Below are positions 9,855 through 20,600 of a stretch of 64,000 nt of DNA, in pieces. A model generated the notes under the pieces. It made no database searches and was not told the DNA's origin. It saw only the letters and a program-made list of their open reading frames with translations. The stretch is taken from NCBI GenBank assembly GCA_029194535.1, contig JARFXR010000001.1, forward strand, positions 874,721-938,720. Direction: 5' to 3'. The stretch is from Nitrospira sp. (GTDB lineage: Bacteria > Nitrospirota > Nitrospiria > Nitrospirales > Nitrospiraceae). How positions within the stretch are numbered: the stretch's first letter is position 1; each line of letters opens with the position of its first letter. Position numbers and translations under genes: made by a program.

Positions 9855-12800
9855 ATGGCTGCGCCGCAGGCCCGGCCTAAGTTCCGGACCAAGCGGTGTC
9901 GGGACGCCGTCAGCCTCGGCAGCAGGTTCATGATCGCCTCCATGCTGCTGATGGTCGCCGGGTGCGCCGTAGCGCCTTCCTTCGGGCGGAGCGGACCGAG
10001 CAGGGACGACGTTCAAGCTCCGAGCGAGGCGGACATGCAGCGGATGATGAAGCAGATGATGGGCCAGGCCCCGACCCGCCAGACGGCGGTCAGCACCGAC
10101 GGTGTACAGGTGGTCTTTCAGACCGGCCATGCGGGCGCGATCCAGGCCGTGGCGGTCAGCCCGAACGGGCGGTATATCGCGTCGAGCGGCAGCCAGGACG
10201 GGACCGTCAAGATCTGGGATGTCACGAGCGGACAGGAGGTTCGGAATTTTACGGGATTCGGCGGATTCGGTCAGGGGGCCGACCTTGTCGCGTTCAGCGA
10301 AGACAGCGCGCATGTGGTGACCCATGAGATGAGCGGAGCGGTCAAAGTCTTCGACGTGGCGTCAGGGCGGGAGATCCGCGCGGGAGGGTCGGGCCTGGAC
10401 GGCAGAGGGGCCGTGAGCGGGGACGCTCGCATTGCGGCGGTGAGCGAGACGGCCGAAGTCAAATTCAACGACCGGCCGTCACTCGGCGGGGCTCGGCCGT
10501 TGTCGGTCGTCGATCTCGGGACCGGTCGAACGATATGGACGATCCCTGACTCAGCCATGCAGCAGCCGCTCGTGTTCAGCAGAGACGGCCGGACATTGAT
10601 CACGGTCCGGACCGACACAGAAATGTCCTCCCAGAGCGTGATCGGGACCATCGGCTCGTCGCTCGGGGCGATGACCGGCCTGGGTGGTTTCTTCAGCGAG
10701 CCCTCCATCCCGACCATCAAGCAAGAATTGCTCGTCTGGGATGTGCCGGCAAAGAAGCTGCGGCGTTCGTGGCCCTTTACGCCGGCGTCGGACGGCATCG
10801 GCGGAGCGCTGAGCCCGGACGGACGCTATCTTGCGATGGAACAGCATGTCGAGCGATCGCTTCGCGTGCTGGATCTGGAGACGGGCAAGCCCACCGTGGC
10901 CATCTCGTTAGGAGAGGTCGGGATGAAGGGAATGGGCATGACCCATTCCCTCGCGTTTAGTCCGGATGGAAAGTTTCTCGCGATTGGAAGAGGCGACGGC
11001 ACCGCCAAGTTGTTCGAGTTCCCCTCCGGTCGGACGGTGCGGGAGTTCGAGGCCACGTCGCTCAACTTCAGTCCCGACGGTACAACCTGGGTGATCGGTG
11101 CGGCGAGCGGTGGGGCGCCCTATCTGCAAGAGGCGGCCGGCGGGAAGGAGACGCGATTGGCCGGCGGCGCGAGCGAAGTGTCCGATCTGGCCATGACGGC
11201 CGACGGACAATCGATCGTGGCCGGCATGCACGGGGGAAGCGCCAAGCTCTGGGATCTTCCCACCGGGCAACTGGTCCGCACCTTCGACTGCCCCGACGGG
11301 ATGGCGGTTTCTTCCGTCGCCGTCAACCGCGTCGGTTCCCGGTTGGCCACCGGTTGTGTGAACGGTTCGGCATGGCTGTGGGATCTCATCAGCGGCAAAC
11401 GATTGAACAGGCTGGCGCAGCCGCTTCCGCCGGATCAGTTCACGCCGGTTTATCTCCGCATCGCGCGAGACGACCGGACGATCGTCGTCGGTCGAGGCAA
11501 TCAACTGGTCGTCGCGGATCTCTCCTCCGGAAATGAACTTCGTCGGATAGTCCTGCCGAATGAATCGGTCAAGGCGCTCGCGTATCTGGAGAACCCCTCG
11601 AAGCAACCCTCCATCGATCGGGAAACCCTTGAACAGATGAAAGAGTCCGCCCAATGGGTTCGAACCCTTGCCGTCCATCCAAACGGGCAGCTGGTCGCCA
11701 TCGGAAGGTCCGAAAGCACGAGCCTGTGGGATGTACGGACCGGCAAGCTGGTCCGTGAACTCCGCGATGTGAGCCGATTGCAAGACAGAGCGCAGCAGCA
11801 ACGGCTGCGAGACGAAGAGAATCAACTGATGCTTGACGAGGCCGGGAGCCTCAAATCGCTGTTGCCCTTCGGCCTGGGAGCGCCGTCTCGATCGATGGCG
11901 ATGCCGCAGGGCGAGATCGTGACGCTGGACGACCCCTCGGAACTGTTCGACGGACTCGGTGACGAGATGCAGGGCGCGACGAGCCTGGCCTTCAGTCCCG
12001 ACGGGACGTTCCTCGTGACCGACGGCGTGAAAGGCAAGGCCGTGTGGGAGGTCGCAACGGGGAAGAAGGTGCGCCCGTCAAGAAAGAAGATGCCGGAGTC
12101 TCAGTTCGATCCATTGAGCCTCACCGAAAACATGGAACTGAACATCGGCGGAAGAGGCGCGGCGTTCAGCCCGGATGGCCGATGGGCGGCGCGAGGCCAC
12201 GGACAAATCATCAAGGTGTGGAATGTCTCGACCGGCCAGGATGTCCTCCAACTGGTCGGGCATACGGGAGCGGTCAGCTCCCTGGTCTTCAGCCCTGACG
12301 GCCGGTTCATCGTAAGCGCCGGCGGAGACGGCGCGATTCGCCTCTGGAACCTGCGCTCGGGCAAGGAAGTCGCCTCGCTCATCGCGCTCGGACGAGAGGA
12401 TTTCGTCGCGGTGACGCCGGATCAGTACTATCGGGCATCCAAGAGCCGGATCAAAGGCGTCGCCTTTCGTGTCAAAGATCAGCTGTACCCCTTCGAGCAG
12501 TTTGATTTGCGATTCAATCGGCCTGATATCGTGCTGGAACGTTTGGGCATGGCATCCCAGGATCTCGTCAGGAGCTATCGGCTCGCCTACGAAAAACGGC
12601 TCAAGAAAATGGGGCTCAGCGACCAGGCGCTCGGCATCGACTTTCACCTGCCGGAAATTCACATCCGGGGCGGCGACGTCCCGGTGTCGGTCACCCGCGG
12701 CATCCTGCCGCTCCGCGTCAAAGCCACCGATACCAAGTACCCGCTCGATCGCCTCCAGGTCTATGTCAACGACGTGCCAGTGTACGGCACGTCCGGTGTG

Positions 12801-13832
12801 CCGATCCTGAACCGGACGGCACAGACCTATGAGCGGGAGATCGAGGTGCCTCTCGTGTCGGGACGCAATAAGATCCAAGTCTCCGTGCTGAATCAGCGAG
12901 GAACCGAGTCGCTGCGCGAAACGGTCTATACGACATCCATGGCGGAGATGGCGCCTCCGGACGTCTATCTGGTGGGCATCGGTGTCAGCGAGTACAAGAA
13001 CCGAGCCTACAATCTGCGGTATGCGGCCAAGGATGCGAACGACCTGCTGGCCCTGTACAAATCGGTCGAGGAGCGTCCCGGCGTGAAGGGGAAAGTCCAT
13101 CTGTTGGACCTGACGAACGAGAAAGCGACCAGACCGGAAATCCTGAAGGCCAAGGATTGGCTCAAGCGATCCAGGGGCAACGATCTGGTGATCGTCTTCG
13201 CCGCGGGGCACGGGATGACCGATGAACAGTCCAACTACTATTTCGGCACGCACGACATCGATCCCAAACAGCCTGCCGCGAACGGCCTGCCCTATGAGGA
13301 ATTTGAACTCCTGCTCGACGGCATTCCCGCGCTCCAGAAAGTCTTACTGCTCGATACCTGTTTCTCCGGCGAAATTGACAAGGATCAGGCGGTGTTGGTG
13401 GCCAAAGCCGACGCGGGTGGTTCCGGCACGGTCACCATGCGGTCGTTTAAGGCAGCGCGGGGCGTCAGTCTGGTTGCGGACGTGGGCGATGGGCAGGGGA
13501 ACACACCGACTGAACCGCGGCTCCCCACAGACATGGTGAAGTTTCAACAGGATTGGTTCGCCGATCTGCGGCGCGGCACCGGCGCAGCGGTCATTTCCAG
13601 TTCCAGCGGCAACGAATACAGCCTGGAAGGGGAACAATGGAAGAACGGCGTGTTTACCTATGCCCTAATGAACGGCCTGAAGAACCACGGCGCCGATGCC
13701 AATAAGGACCGAACCATCACCGTGAGCGAACTGCAAGCCTACGTGATCGAACAAGTGCGCAAGCTCACGGAAGGAGGCCAGAATCCGACCGTGCGGCGGG
13801 AGAATCTGGAGCATGATTTCGTCGTGTATTGA
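9855..13832 (+). CDS. Exported lipoprotein: WD40 beta-propellers, Ig-like region and C-terminal caspase-like (peptidase C14) domain
   Basis: Lipobox MVAGC; WD repeats (GHAGAIQAVAVSPNG..KIWDV, GHTGAVSSLVFSPDG..RLWNL); catalytic FAAGHG and LLLDTCFSG. Start uncertain (9828/9855/9930). Confidence 0.88.
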   Translation: MAAPQARPKFRTKRCRDAVSLGSRFMIASMLLMVAGCAVAPSFGRSGPSRDDVQAPSEADMQRMMKQMMGQAPTRQTAVSTDGVQVVFQTGHAGAIQAVAVSPNGRYIASSGSQDGTVKIWDVTSGQEVRNFTGFGGFGQGADLVAFSEDSAHVVTHEMSGAVKVFDVASGREIRAGGSGLDGRGAVSGDARIAAVSETAEVKFNDRPSLGGARPLSVVDLGTGRTIWTIPDSAMQQPLVFSRDGRTLITVRTDTEMSSQSVIGTIGSSLGAMTGLGGFFSEPSIPTIKQELLVWDVPAKKLRRSWPFTPASDGIGGALSPDGRYLAMEQHVERSLRVLDLETGKPTVAISLGEVGMKGMGMTHSLAFSPDGKFLAIGRGDGTAKLFEFPSGRTVREFEATSLNFSPDGTTWVIGAASGGAPYLQEAAGGKETRLAGGASEVSDLAMTADGQSIVAGMHGGSAKLWDLPTGQLVRTFDCPDGMAVSSVAVNRVGSRLATGCVNGSAWLWDLISGKRLNRLAQPLPPDQFTPVYLRIARDDRTIVVGRGNQLVVADLSSGNELRRIVLPNESVKALAYLENPSKQPSIDRETLEQMKESAQWVRTLAVHPNGQLVAIGRSESTSLWDVRTGKLVRELRDVSRLQDRAQQQRLRDEENQLMLDEAGSLKSLLPFGLGAPSRSMAMPQGEIVTLDDPSELFDGLGDEMQGATSLAFSPDGTFLVTDGVKGKAVWEVATGKKVRPSRKKMPESQFDPLSLTENMELNIGGRGAAFSPDGRWAARGHGQIIKVWNVSTGQDVLQLVGHTGAVSSLVFSPDGRFIVSAGGDGAIRLWNLRSGKEVASLIALGREDFVAVTPDQYYRASKSRIKGVAFRVKDQLYPFEQFDLRFNRPDIVLERLGMASQDLVRSYRLAYEKRLKKMGLSDQALGIDFHLPEIHIRGGDVPVSVTRGILPLRVKATDTKYPLDRLQVYVNDVPVYGTSGVPILNRTAQTYEREIEVPLVSGRNKIQVSVLNQRGTESLRETVYTTSMAEMAPPDVYLVGIGVSEYKNRAYNLRYAAKDANDLLALYKSVEERPGVKGKVHLLDLTNEKATRPEILKAKDWLKRSRGNDLVIVFAAGHGMTDEQSNYYFGTHDIDPKQPAANGLPYEEFELLLDGIPALQKVLLLDTCFSGEIDKDQAVLVAKADAGGSGTVTMRSFKAARGVSLVADVGDGQGNTPTEPRLPTDMVKFQQDWFADLRRGTGAAVISSSSGNEYSLEGEQWKNGVFTYALMNGLKNHGADANKDRTITVSELQAYVIEQVRKLTEGGQNPTVRRENLEHDFVVY

Positions 13833-13901
13833 ACGGGCAGGAGCCCGATCCATTGAACCTTTTCGTCGATGGATCGACTGATGGGTTAGAGGAGGACCAA
13901 T

Positions 13902-15059
13902 ATGAGACACGTAAGGTGCCCATGGATAGTGGGGCTAGCTTTCGGAGGATTACTTACGGTTGCGATCGTGTATCTGGCCGTCGTCACCGGCGCGCTCGCA
14001 CCAGACACTGCTGAGGCGGCGGCAATGTCCGCCGATGACAGAACACCCACTCCCTCCGACGCCGCTCCGCACGAAGACGTCCAGCCGCGCGCCCTGAAAC
14101 CTCCCAGGGATCCCGCACGGCCCGATACGCTCGAAGAGCGTCTAGGTCGCGGCCATATTCCTATGGTGGCGCCACCGCCGTCGCTCGTTCAACAACCGGC
14201 AATCACCGGTGGCGCGTTCGCCTGCATGGCCGACGCGGCGAGTCGCGATCTCGCTGGTTCGTGGGTCATCGATTACACGCGCATGACGAATCAAGCCTGC
14301 CGCAGCTCGTGCGCACAGTATGGATTCGCCTTTGCCGCGACGCAGTACGGCAGCTCCTGTTTCTGCGGCAACACTTTCGGAAAGTACGGCGAAGCCGCCT
14401 CGGCCTCTCCGCCTAGAAGTTGCAACCTCGGATGCGCGGGCAATCCGAACGAGGTATGCGGCGGGGAATGGGCTAACAGCCTTTCGCTCACTGGCGCGCC
14501 GCCGCCCGCGCCCACGGATGGAGGCCAGTGTCTTGTCAAGGCGCAAGGAACCTACATGACGACGGGAGGCGCTGCGGGAACTTACAACGGCGTCGAGTTG
14601 CACCGCTGGAAGAAAGTGGCGACGATCTCGTCGACGCCGACGATGAAGACTTATCAGTTTCAATACACGATGAGCGTCAGCGGATTCATGGATCAGACAG
14701 GCGCGGGCGGACAGTGGCGTGGCACGTGGGGCGGGACGGCCACGCGCATGGAGACTTGGCAAGCGCCCGTGGTCACAAACCCTGCGACGGGACAGCCCGC
14801 GTTTCGGCTAACCACGACGCCGTCATTCTCTACCACCGTGCCCTATACAGGACACCTGCTGAATCCATTGCGGCCCGATCCGAGGATGTGGGCGACGGTG
14901 AGCGCATTCGCGCAGCCACAGCATTTGTTTTCATCGGGCACCTCGTTCGTCGTTGCGGCGTCGAACGGCTCAACAAGACAGGCGACCGGGGCCACATGGA
15001 TTTGGAACAACCCGCTGGGTGACGCGACGTTCACTTGTAGCTGGAATGTTTCCTTGTAG
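13902..15059 (+). CDS. Secreted or membrane-anchored WSC-domain protein
   Basis: GGAGG RBS and N-terminal hydrophobic helix. Cys pattern C..D...RDL..MT...CR..C...G..FAATQYG..CFCG..C...C.GN..E.CGG at about 14208-14492. Confidence 0.8.
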   Translation: MRHVRCPWIVGLAFGGLLTVAIVYLAVVTGALAPDTAEAAAMSADDRTPTPSDAAPHEDVQPRALKPPRDPARPDTLEERLGRGHIPMVAPPPSLVQQPAITGGAFACMADAASRDLAGSWVIDYTRMTNQACRSSCAQYGFAFAATQYGSSCFCGNTFGKYGEAASASPPRSCNLGCAGNPNEVCGGEWANSLSLTGAPPPAPTDGGQCLVKAQGTYMTTGGAAGTYNGVELHRWKKVATISSTPTMKTYQFQYTMSVSGFMDQTGAGGQWRGTWGGTATRMETWQAPVVTNPATGQPAFRLTTTPSFSTTVPYTGHLLNPLRPDPRMWATVSAFAQPQHLFSSGTSFVVAASNGSTRQATGATWIWNNPLGDATFTCSWNVSL

Positions 15060-15166
15060 TGGCGTCGACCCATCGGCGTGATCGAGGTAGGCAACATGGC
15101 GCTTAGCGATGATTCGCAGCGTTCGTTTTCCCGGAGAATTTCGCCAGCAGGGCTGATTGGTTAGCG

Positions 15167-15457
15167 ATGAGAAACGTCATATTGATGTTCGCCGTATTCC
15201 TGATCGGCGCGGCGGTCATTTCCAGTTCCAGCGGCAATGAATACAGCCTGGAAGGGGAGCAGTGGAAGAACGGCGTGTTTACGTATGCGCTATTGAACGG
15301 CTTGAAAAACCACGGCGCCGATGCCAATAAGGACCGGACGATCACTGTCAGCGAGTTGCAGGCCTATCTCATCGAGCAGGTGCGGACCCTCACCCAGGGC
15401 GGCCAGAACCCGACGGTGAGGCGGGAGAATCTGGAAAATGACTTTGTGGTGTATTGA
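15167..15457 (+). pseudogene. Diverged second copy of the caspase C-terminal 83 codons fused to a signal-peptide-like leader
   Basis: 15206-15457 aligns without gaps to 13581-13832. Manual comparison gives 28 synonymous and 5 non-synonymous codon differences. Confidence 0.8.
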
Positions 15458-15543
15458 AGATGAACCGTGAGGTATGAATTCAATGCCCGCGAGGCGTTCC
15501 ATGCGAAGCGGCGGCCATCCAAATGGCAGAACCCGGATTGAGT

Positions 15544-17565
15544 ATGAGAATCGCAGTTCGTGATGCCTTGCTCGTCCTGGGCTGCTCGCTGTCGGTCGCC
15601 TGTACCGCGAGCGATCGAGCGGAGAAACCGGAAGACGGCGTCGCGCAACAGACCGCTGCCGGCAGCGTGGCTGCTCCAGGCACGGACGGAGCAGCTTCGG
15701 AAATCGAGGGCATCGAATCGCGCGGCGTCCAAAATCCCGACCGTCCGATTCTCCCGCCGAAGGATCGATTCACACCGCTTCCTTCGAGCCCTCCATCAGG
15801 ACCGCAACTCACGCCGGTCACCCCGCCTCCGCCTCCACCCCCCACCGTTTCACCGGTCCTCGTCGTCCCGGAGTTCCTATCGGAACGATTCGCCATGCCG
15901 GTCCCCTGCGAGGGCCGGCCGTTCTGCTGGCTCAGTCGTCGCGGGGCTGGGTCGCTCGATGAATCCTTCGAATATTTTCGCAACCTCGGGCTTGCCAAAT
16001 GCAGCGATCGCTGGCTTTCATGCGTCGAACAATTCACCGACTCGCTGAATCAATTCAAGGTCCGCAACGGTTTTTCGGCCGGACAGGGAGAAGTCAGGGC
16101 TACGTACTTCAACAACATCGACCTGCGGATCGGCCGTGATATGCATTGCCGTCGGAACATGGGCGGGGTCGCCTGTTATGTCTCCAACTATGGGCCACCG
16201 GCATTTCTCAATGGAGGAGCGAATCCCGCCTATCCGGACCCTCATGCCGCGCTGATAGAAGCCGTCCAAGCCGCTGGAGGTCTCGTCACGCCCGGCTCTC
16301 TCCAACAGCCGGCGACCGGCGCCCTCAGTGCGCCCGGTACCTTGAAAAACGCTCGTCCTTCGACCGGAACCGGTTCAGCACCGGCATCGCCGAAGCCGTT
16401 GGCGACGGTGGCGATGGAATACCATCCGGCGCCCCCGCTCAAGACCGTGGTCGTCCGGGAGCGTGACGGGTTGTTTACGCAGCCGAATCCCGAAGTCTGC
16501 GTCGGCAGCCGGAGTGAGGGACCTCCCAGCCGTCAGGATGTGGACACGGGTATCGATGTCATTCCGGGCGACGTGATCGAATTCTCGGCAAGTGGATCCA
16601 TCTGGGGCGGTGAATGTCTGACCGGCAACAACGGTCCTTCCGGATGGGGGCCGAGGCCGGACAATCCTAAACTGCCGATCAGGAATGCGTCGCCCTTCGG
16701 TTTGATCGCACGGATCGGTCAGCCGAACGACGCCGGAGCCTATCAGGACGTCGACTGCGTCGTCACGTACGATGAGTACGGCCAGACCCCTCCGTGCAAA
16801 CCTCGCCCTCCGTATTTTTTCATCGGCGACCGCCATACCCACACGATTCGCGCCGCCGGTGGGCGCTTGTATCTTCGTGTCAACGACGATCGGCCGGGAA
16901 ACGGAGTGGGGTCATTTGTGGTGTCGATCACGGTCCATCGGCAGGTGACGTTCTACGTCTACGACCAAAACGGTGGACTCGTTCCCAACGTGGCGCTGGA
17001 CCGAGAAGGGCCCAAATTCGCGCCCCACATGTGCCTCGCCTGCCACGGCGGCACCTACGATGAGCCGACCCACACGGTGCGCGGCGCCTCGTTCCTGCCA
17101 TTTGACGTCTACAACTTTCTCTACCATGAGATTCCGGGATTTCGCCGCGTGGATCAGGAAGTGAAGTTTCGCGACCTCAATCTCCTGGTGGCTGAAACGA
17201 GTCCTAGCAAGGAGAATCCAAACCGTCCGATCGCTCGCATGATCGACGGCATGTATCGGGCGCCGAGCGGGATGGCGAATGCGGCGGCCGTCCATTATGT
17301 TCCCGCAGGCTGGCGCGGCCACGAGGATCTCTATCGTGATTTCGTAGGGAAGTATTGCCGTCTCTGCCATATGGCGCAGCCCGCTCGCATCGATTTCGAG
17401 ACGTATGACAACTTCAAGCAGTCGAACCCTGGCGCGGCGATCTGTCGATTCGGCACCATGCCCCATGCGCAGGGACCCTATGACCATCTGGCGACCGGAC
17501 GTTATTCGACCAAGGTCGGAGATGAGCTTCGTGCGCTGGGAGTCGGATGCATCAAGAAATCATGA
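15544..17565 (+). CDS. Lipoprotein with two CxxCH heme-c motifs and a LecA/PA-IL-like beta-sandwich
   Basis: Lipobox LSVAC; CLACH (17032-17046), CRLCH (17356-17370) and MPH; segment DTGIDV.PGD.IEFSASGSIW..GPSG..LIARIG..GRLYLRVND..NG.GSF.V.I. Confidence 0.7.
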   Translation: MRIAVRDALLVLGCSLSVACTASDRAEKPEDGVAQQTAAGSVAAPGTDGAASEIEGIESRGVQNPDRPILPPKDRFTPLPSSPPSGPQLTPVTPPPPPPPTVSPVLVVPEFLSERFAMPVPCEGRPFCWLSRRGAGSLDESFEYFRNLGLAKCSDRWLSCVEQFTDSLNQFKVRNGFSAGQGEVRATYFNNIDLRIGRDMHCRRNMGGVACYVSNYGPPAFLNGGANPAYPDPHAALIEAVQAAGGLVTPGSLQQPATGALSAPGTLKNARPSTGTGSAPASPKPLATVAMEYHPAPPLKTVVVRERDGLFTQPNPEVCVGSRSEGPPSRQDVDTGIDVIPGDVIEFSASGSIWGGECLTGNNGPSGWGPRPDNPKLPIRNASPFGLIARIGQPNDAGAYQDVDCVVTYDEYGQTPPCKPRPPYFFIGDRHTHTIRAAGGRLYLRVNDDRPGNGVGSFVVSITVHRQVTFYVYDQNGGLVPNVALDREGPKFAPHMCLACHGGTYDEPTHTVRGASFLPFDVYNFLYHEIPGFRRVDQEVKFRDLNLLVAETSPSKENPNRPIARMIDGMYRAPSGMANAAAVHYVPAGWRGHEDLYRDFVGKYCRLCHMAQPARIDFETYDNFKQSNPGAAICRFGTMPHAQGPYDHLATGRYSTKVGDELRALGVGCIKKS

Positions 17566-17680
17566 AACCGCTTCGGACGAATGGAACGGTTCCACCGCAG
17601 TCAAGGTGGTCATGATGAACTGTCCGTCCCTTGCTTCAAGCACGTCACCTATCGGCACCGTGTCAAAAAGGAGAGAAGCT

Positions 17681-20600
17681 ATGAGACAGAACTTCCAACG
17701 TCAATGGACTCGCAGTGTGTTGATATGTGCCATCGTTGCGGTCCCCTGGCTTCTGCCTGGATTGGTCATGTCAGCGGATCGTCAAGCAGGCCAGCGTCAG
17801 CCGAAACCGGGAACCGCCGGCCAAACTGTCAAGCTGCCGACATTCCCGCAGAAATTCGATGTGCAGGGCCCGGAATCTGACTCATATGGATTTGCGGTCA
17901 CGCAGCCCGGTCCGATTGCCGTTGAGGTGCAAGCGCAGGGCACTCCGGTCGTCGTGACGCTCCAATCGGCCGGCGGTCAACCGATCATCCAGCGAGGCAC
18001 TGGTCTCCTCAAGATTTTCTACACGGCGACGCCGCAAGATGTGCAACGGAGCTTCCTTTGGCAGGTCCAAATTAAAGCTTGGTGTGAAGAGGATTGCCTC
18101 ACGGCCGGGAAACGGCCGCGGTCGACCGGGTCTGTCATGGTACAGCATCCGCCGGTGGACCAGGCGGCTGTGCAGAAGGCGGTTCAAGCCATGGTCGCCC
18201 AACAGAAGCAGCCGTCCCCCCAAGAGATCCAATCGGCGGGGGCCCGAGCGGCGGCGCAGATGGACCAGACCTTTCAGCAACGCAAAGCGCACTTTGAACA
18301 ACTCCAGCAGCAGCGACGTGCGGCGCTGTATGCGAAGATTCAACCACAAGTGGACCAACTTCGCGCGCGAGTAGGTATAACCTCACCGGTCAGATCGAGA
18401 GGATTGGACGAATCACCGGAACAAGATCAGGGCACGACGGAAGGGGAGATCGGCACGCGAGCGATGCCGCAAATGAGAGGCAAGGCGGGTCCGGGCGGAC
18501 AACCTGCTGCACAAATGCCGACGTTTCCGCAGCAGTTCACCGTGCAAGGTCCGGAGAGCGACTCGTTCGGCTTTGCCGTGACGCAGCCGGGGCCGATAGT
18601 GGTCGAGGTACAGTCGCAAGGCCCAGCGGTCGTCGTCACCCTTCAGCATCTACCCTCGGCTCCTTTGTCTCAGTCGGGCAGCGGGCAAGTCCGTCTGAAC
18701 TATGACGTTACGCTGCAGGACATTGCGAAAAGTGCCTTGTGGTTCGTGCGAGTGAGACTGGCCCAAACCGGTCCTCCAGTGAGCGGCACTATCAATGTGC
18801 AACATCCCCCGGCCGATCCTGCGATCGTTCAAGCGCAGACCGCCGCCGTGGCCGAGCAGGAACGCGCCAGCGGGGAGCGCGCGGCGGCGCAAGTGGAGGC
18901 GCAGAGCCGGGCCGAGTTCCAAGCATTCAAGGCCGGGATCGAGCAACAGTACCAGCAGCGACTGACGGCTGAGCGCGCGCAGAATCAAACACTCCTCAAC
19001 CGGCTGCAAGCCAAACCCGGAGGCATGATCCGGTCGCGCGGTCTCAATCCGGTGATTACCAAGATCAACAAGAGTGAAGGCCAGCCGGACACCCAAGTGA
19101 TCATCGAAGGCACGAACTTCGGCCCAGGAGGCGAGGTCGTTTTCCAGCTCGGTCCCAATATTGTGGGGACGGGCATTGTGGAAGCTTGGGCTGATACGGT
19201 CGTGGTCGCCAAGATCCATCCCGCCACTTCAGGACTGCTGCCCTATCAGGGCACAGTGGCAATCAAGGTGGGAGCATCGCTCAGCAACGCCGTGCCGTTC
19301 AAGTTCATCGCGGTCGAAGAGCCGCGTGAAATCCGCTTTGCGCAGGGCCAAGATGTCTCCCTTGCAGATCCAAGCATCCTGACCGGCTCGAAAATCGAAC
19401 ACCCCAACAATTCATTCGGCGGATTGAATGGATCGCAAGGCAACGACATCTTTTTCCCCTCGAAACAACTCAGCAACGGCTGGATAGTCAAAGACATTAG
19501 GCTAAAGATCGATCCCTGCTCCTATCCCGACTGTCGAGGGGCCTTTGTCGCAGATAGCCGCGTCGGGACCCCATTGCCCTTTTTCAATGTCCGGTGGGGA
19601 CACGGGCCCTTCGTGGGGGCTCGCTATTGGTTCACGCTTTATATCGTCGGGCCGCGTGGCGTGCCCGATGGAATCGCGGTCACCGGGCCGTTGAACCCCT
19701 ATGTGCCGCCGGGAACGCCCCCCCCGGCAACAACAGCTTCCTCTACACCGCCCGCGGAGAGAACCCCGCCGTCACAGCCACCATACACACCTCCGGCATC
19801 CTCACAACCCATAGAGATGACTGTCGTACCGGTCAATCCTGCTTTGTTAGGTTCATCATATCTGGCGCCCGGGTCCGGCTCCTCAACACCGAATCAACCT
19901 CCAGCAGGTCAATCAGGGACCAAGATGGCTGTCGACCCAAAGAACGCAATGAACCCGACGCTTCAGCAAGCTCCGCCGAACTCCGGCGCCTCAACGCCCA
20001 CACAAGGAAGCTCATCGACGGGAAGCGGGACAATGGCTCCACCACAACAGCCTGGGTCGACGACGCCGGTGATTACGTCGCTCAGCGTGACGCAAGGTCA
20101 GCCGGGCGATCCGGTCATGATCAACGGGAGTAATTTTGGACCAGGTCTCGGGGAGATCCATTTTGTCATCGCGAATGGGAAAGACGTGAAGGCGCCGGTC
20201 ACGATCTGGAGTGACGGGCAGATCTTTACGTCCGTGCCCGATGGGTCGGAGGCAACCGGCCTGCTCGGATTCAATGGAACAGTGTATGTAAAACGTACAG
20301 CTGACGCGAAGATGAGCAATCTTGTCGGCTTCCGATTTGAGCCTACGTTGAGGCACAGGGATATCGGTTGCAGTCCCGTCACCCCGGACCGCAGGATTCA
20401 AGGTGAGCATCAGTATACTTTTTTGGTCCCATGCGTTGAGCAAAATGGCGCAGGTGATTGGTTCGGTGCCAAAGGCAATGACGAGTTCTATCTGAGCACG
20501 AAACTTAGTAACGGGTGGGTCGTCAGTCTTGTCGACGTGAAGCAGACCTATAAATATGGCACGTCCGGCGCCTATACATGGGCTGATCGTGCCGGCAGCG

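Noticed and set aside
13829-13852. Similarity of ttgaacgggcaggag to 33319-33340 (ttgaacgggtcaggag)
   Set aside because: Short, two occurrences in different contexts, and compatible with chance plus RBS-like purines.
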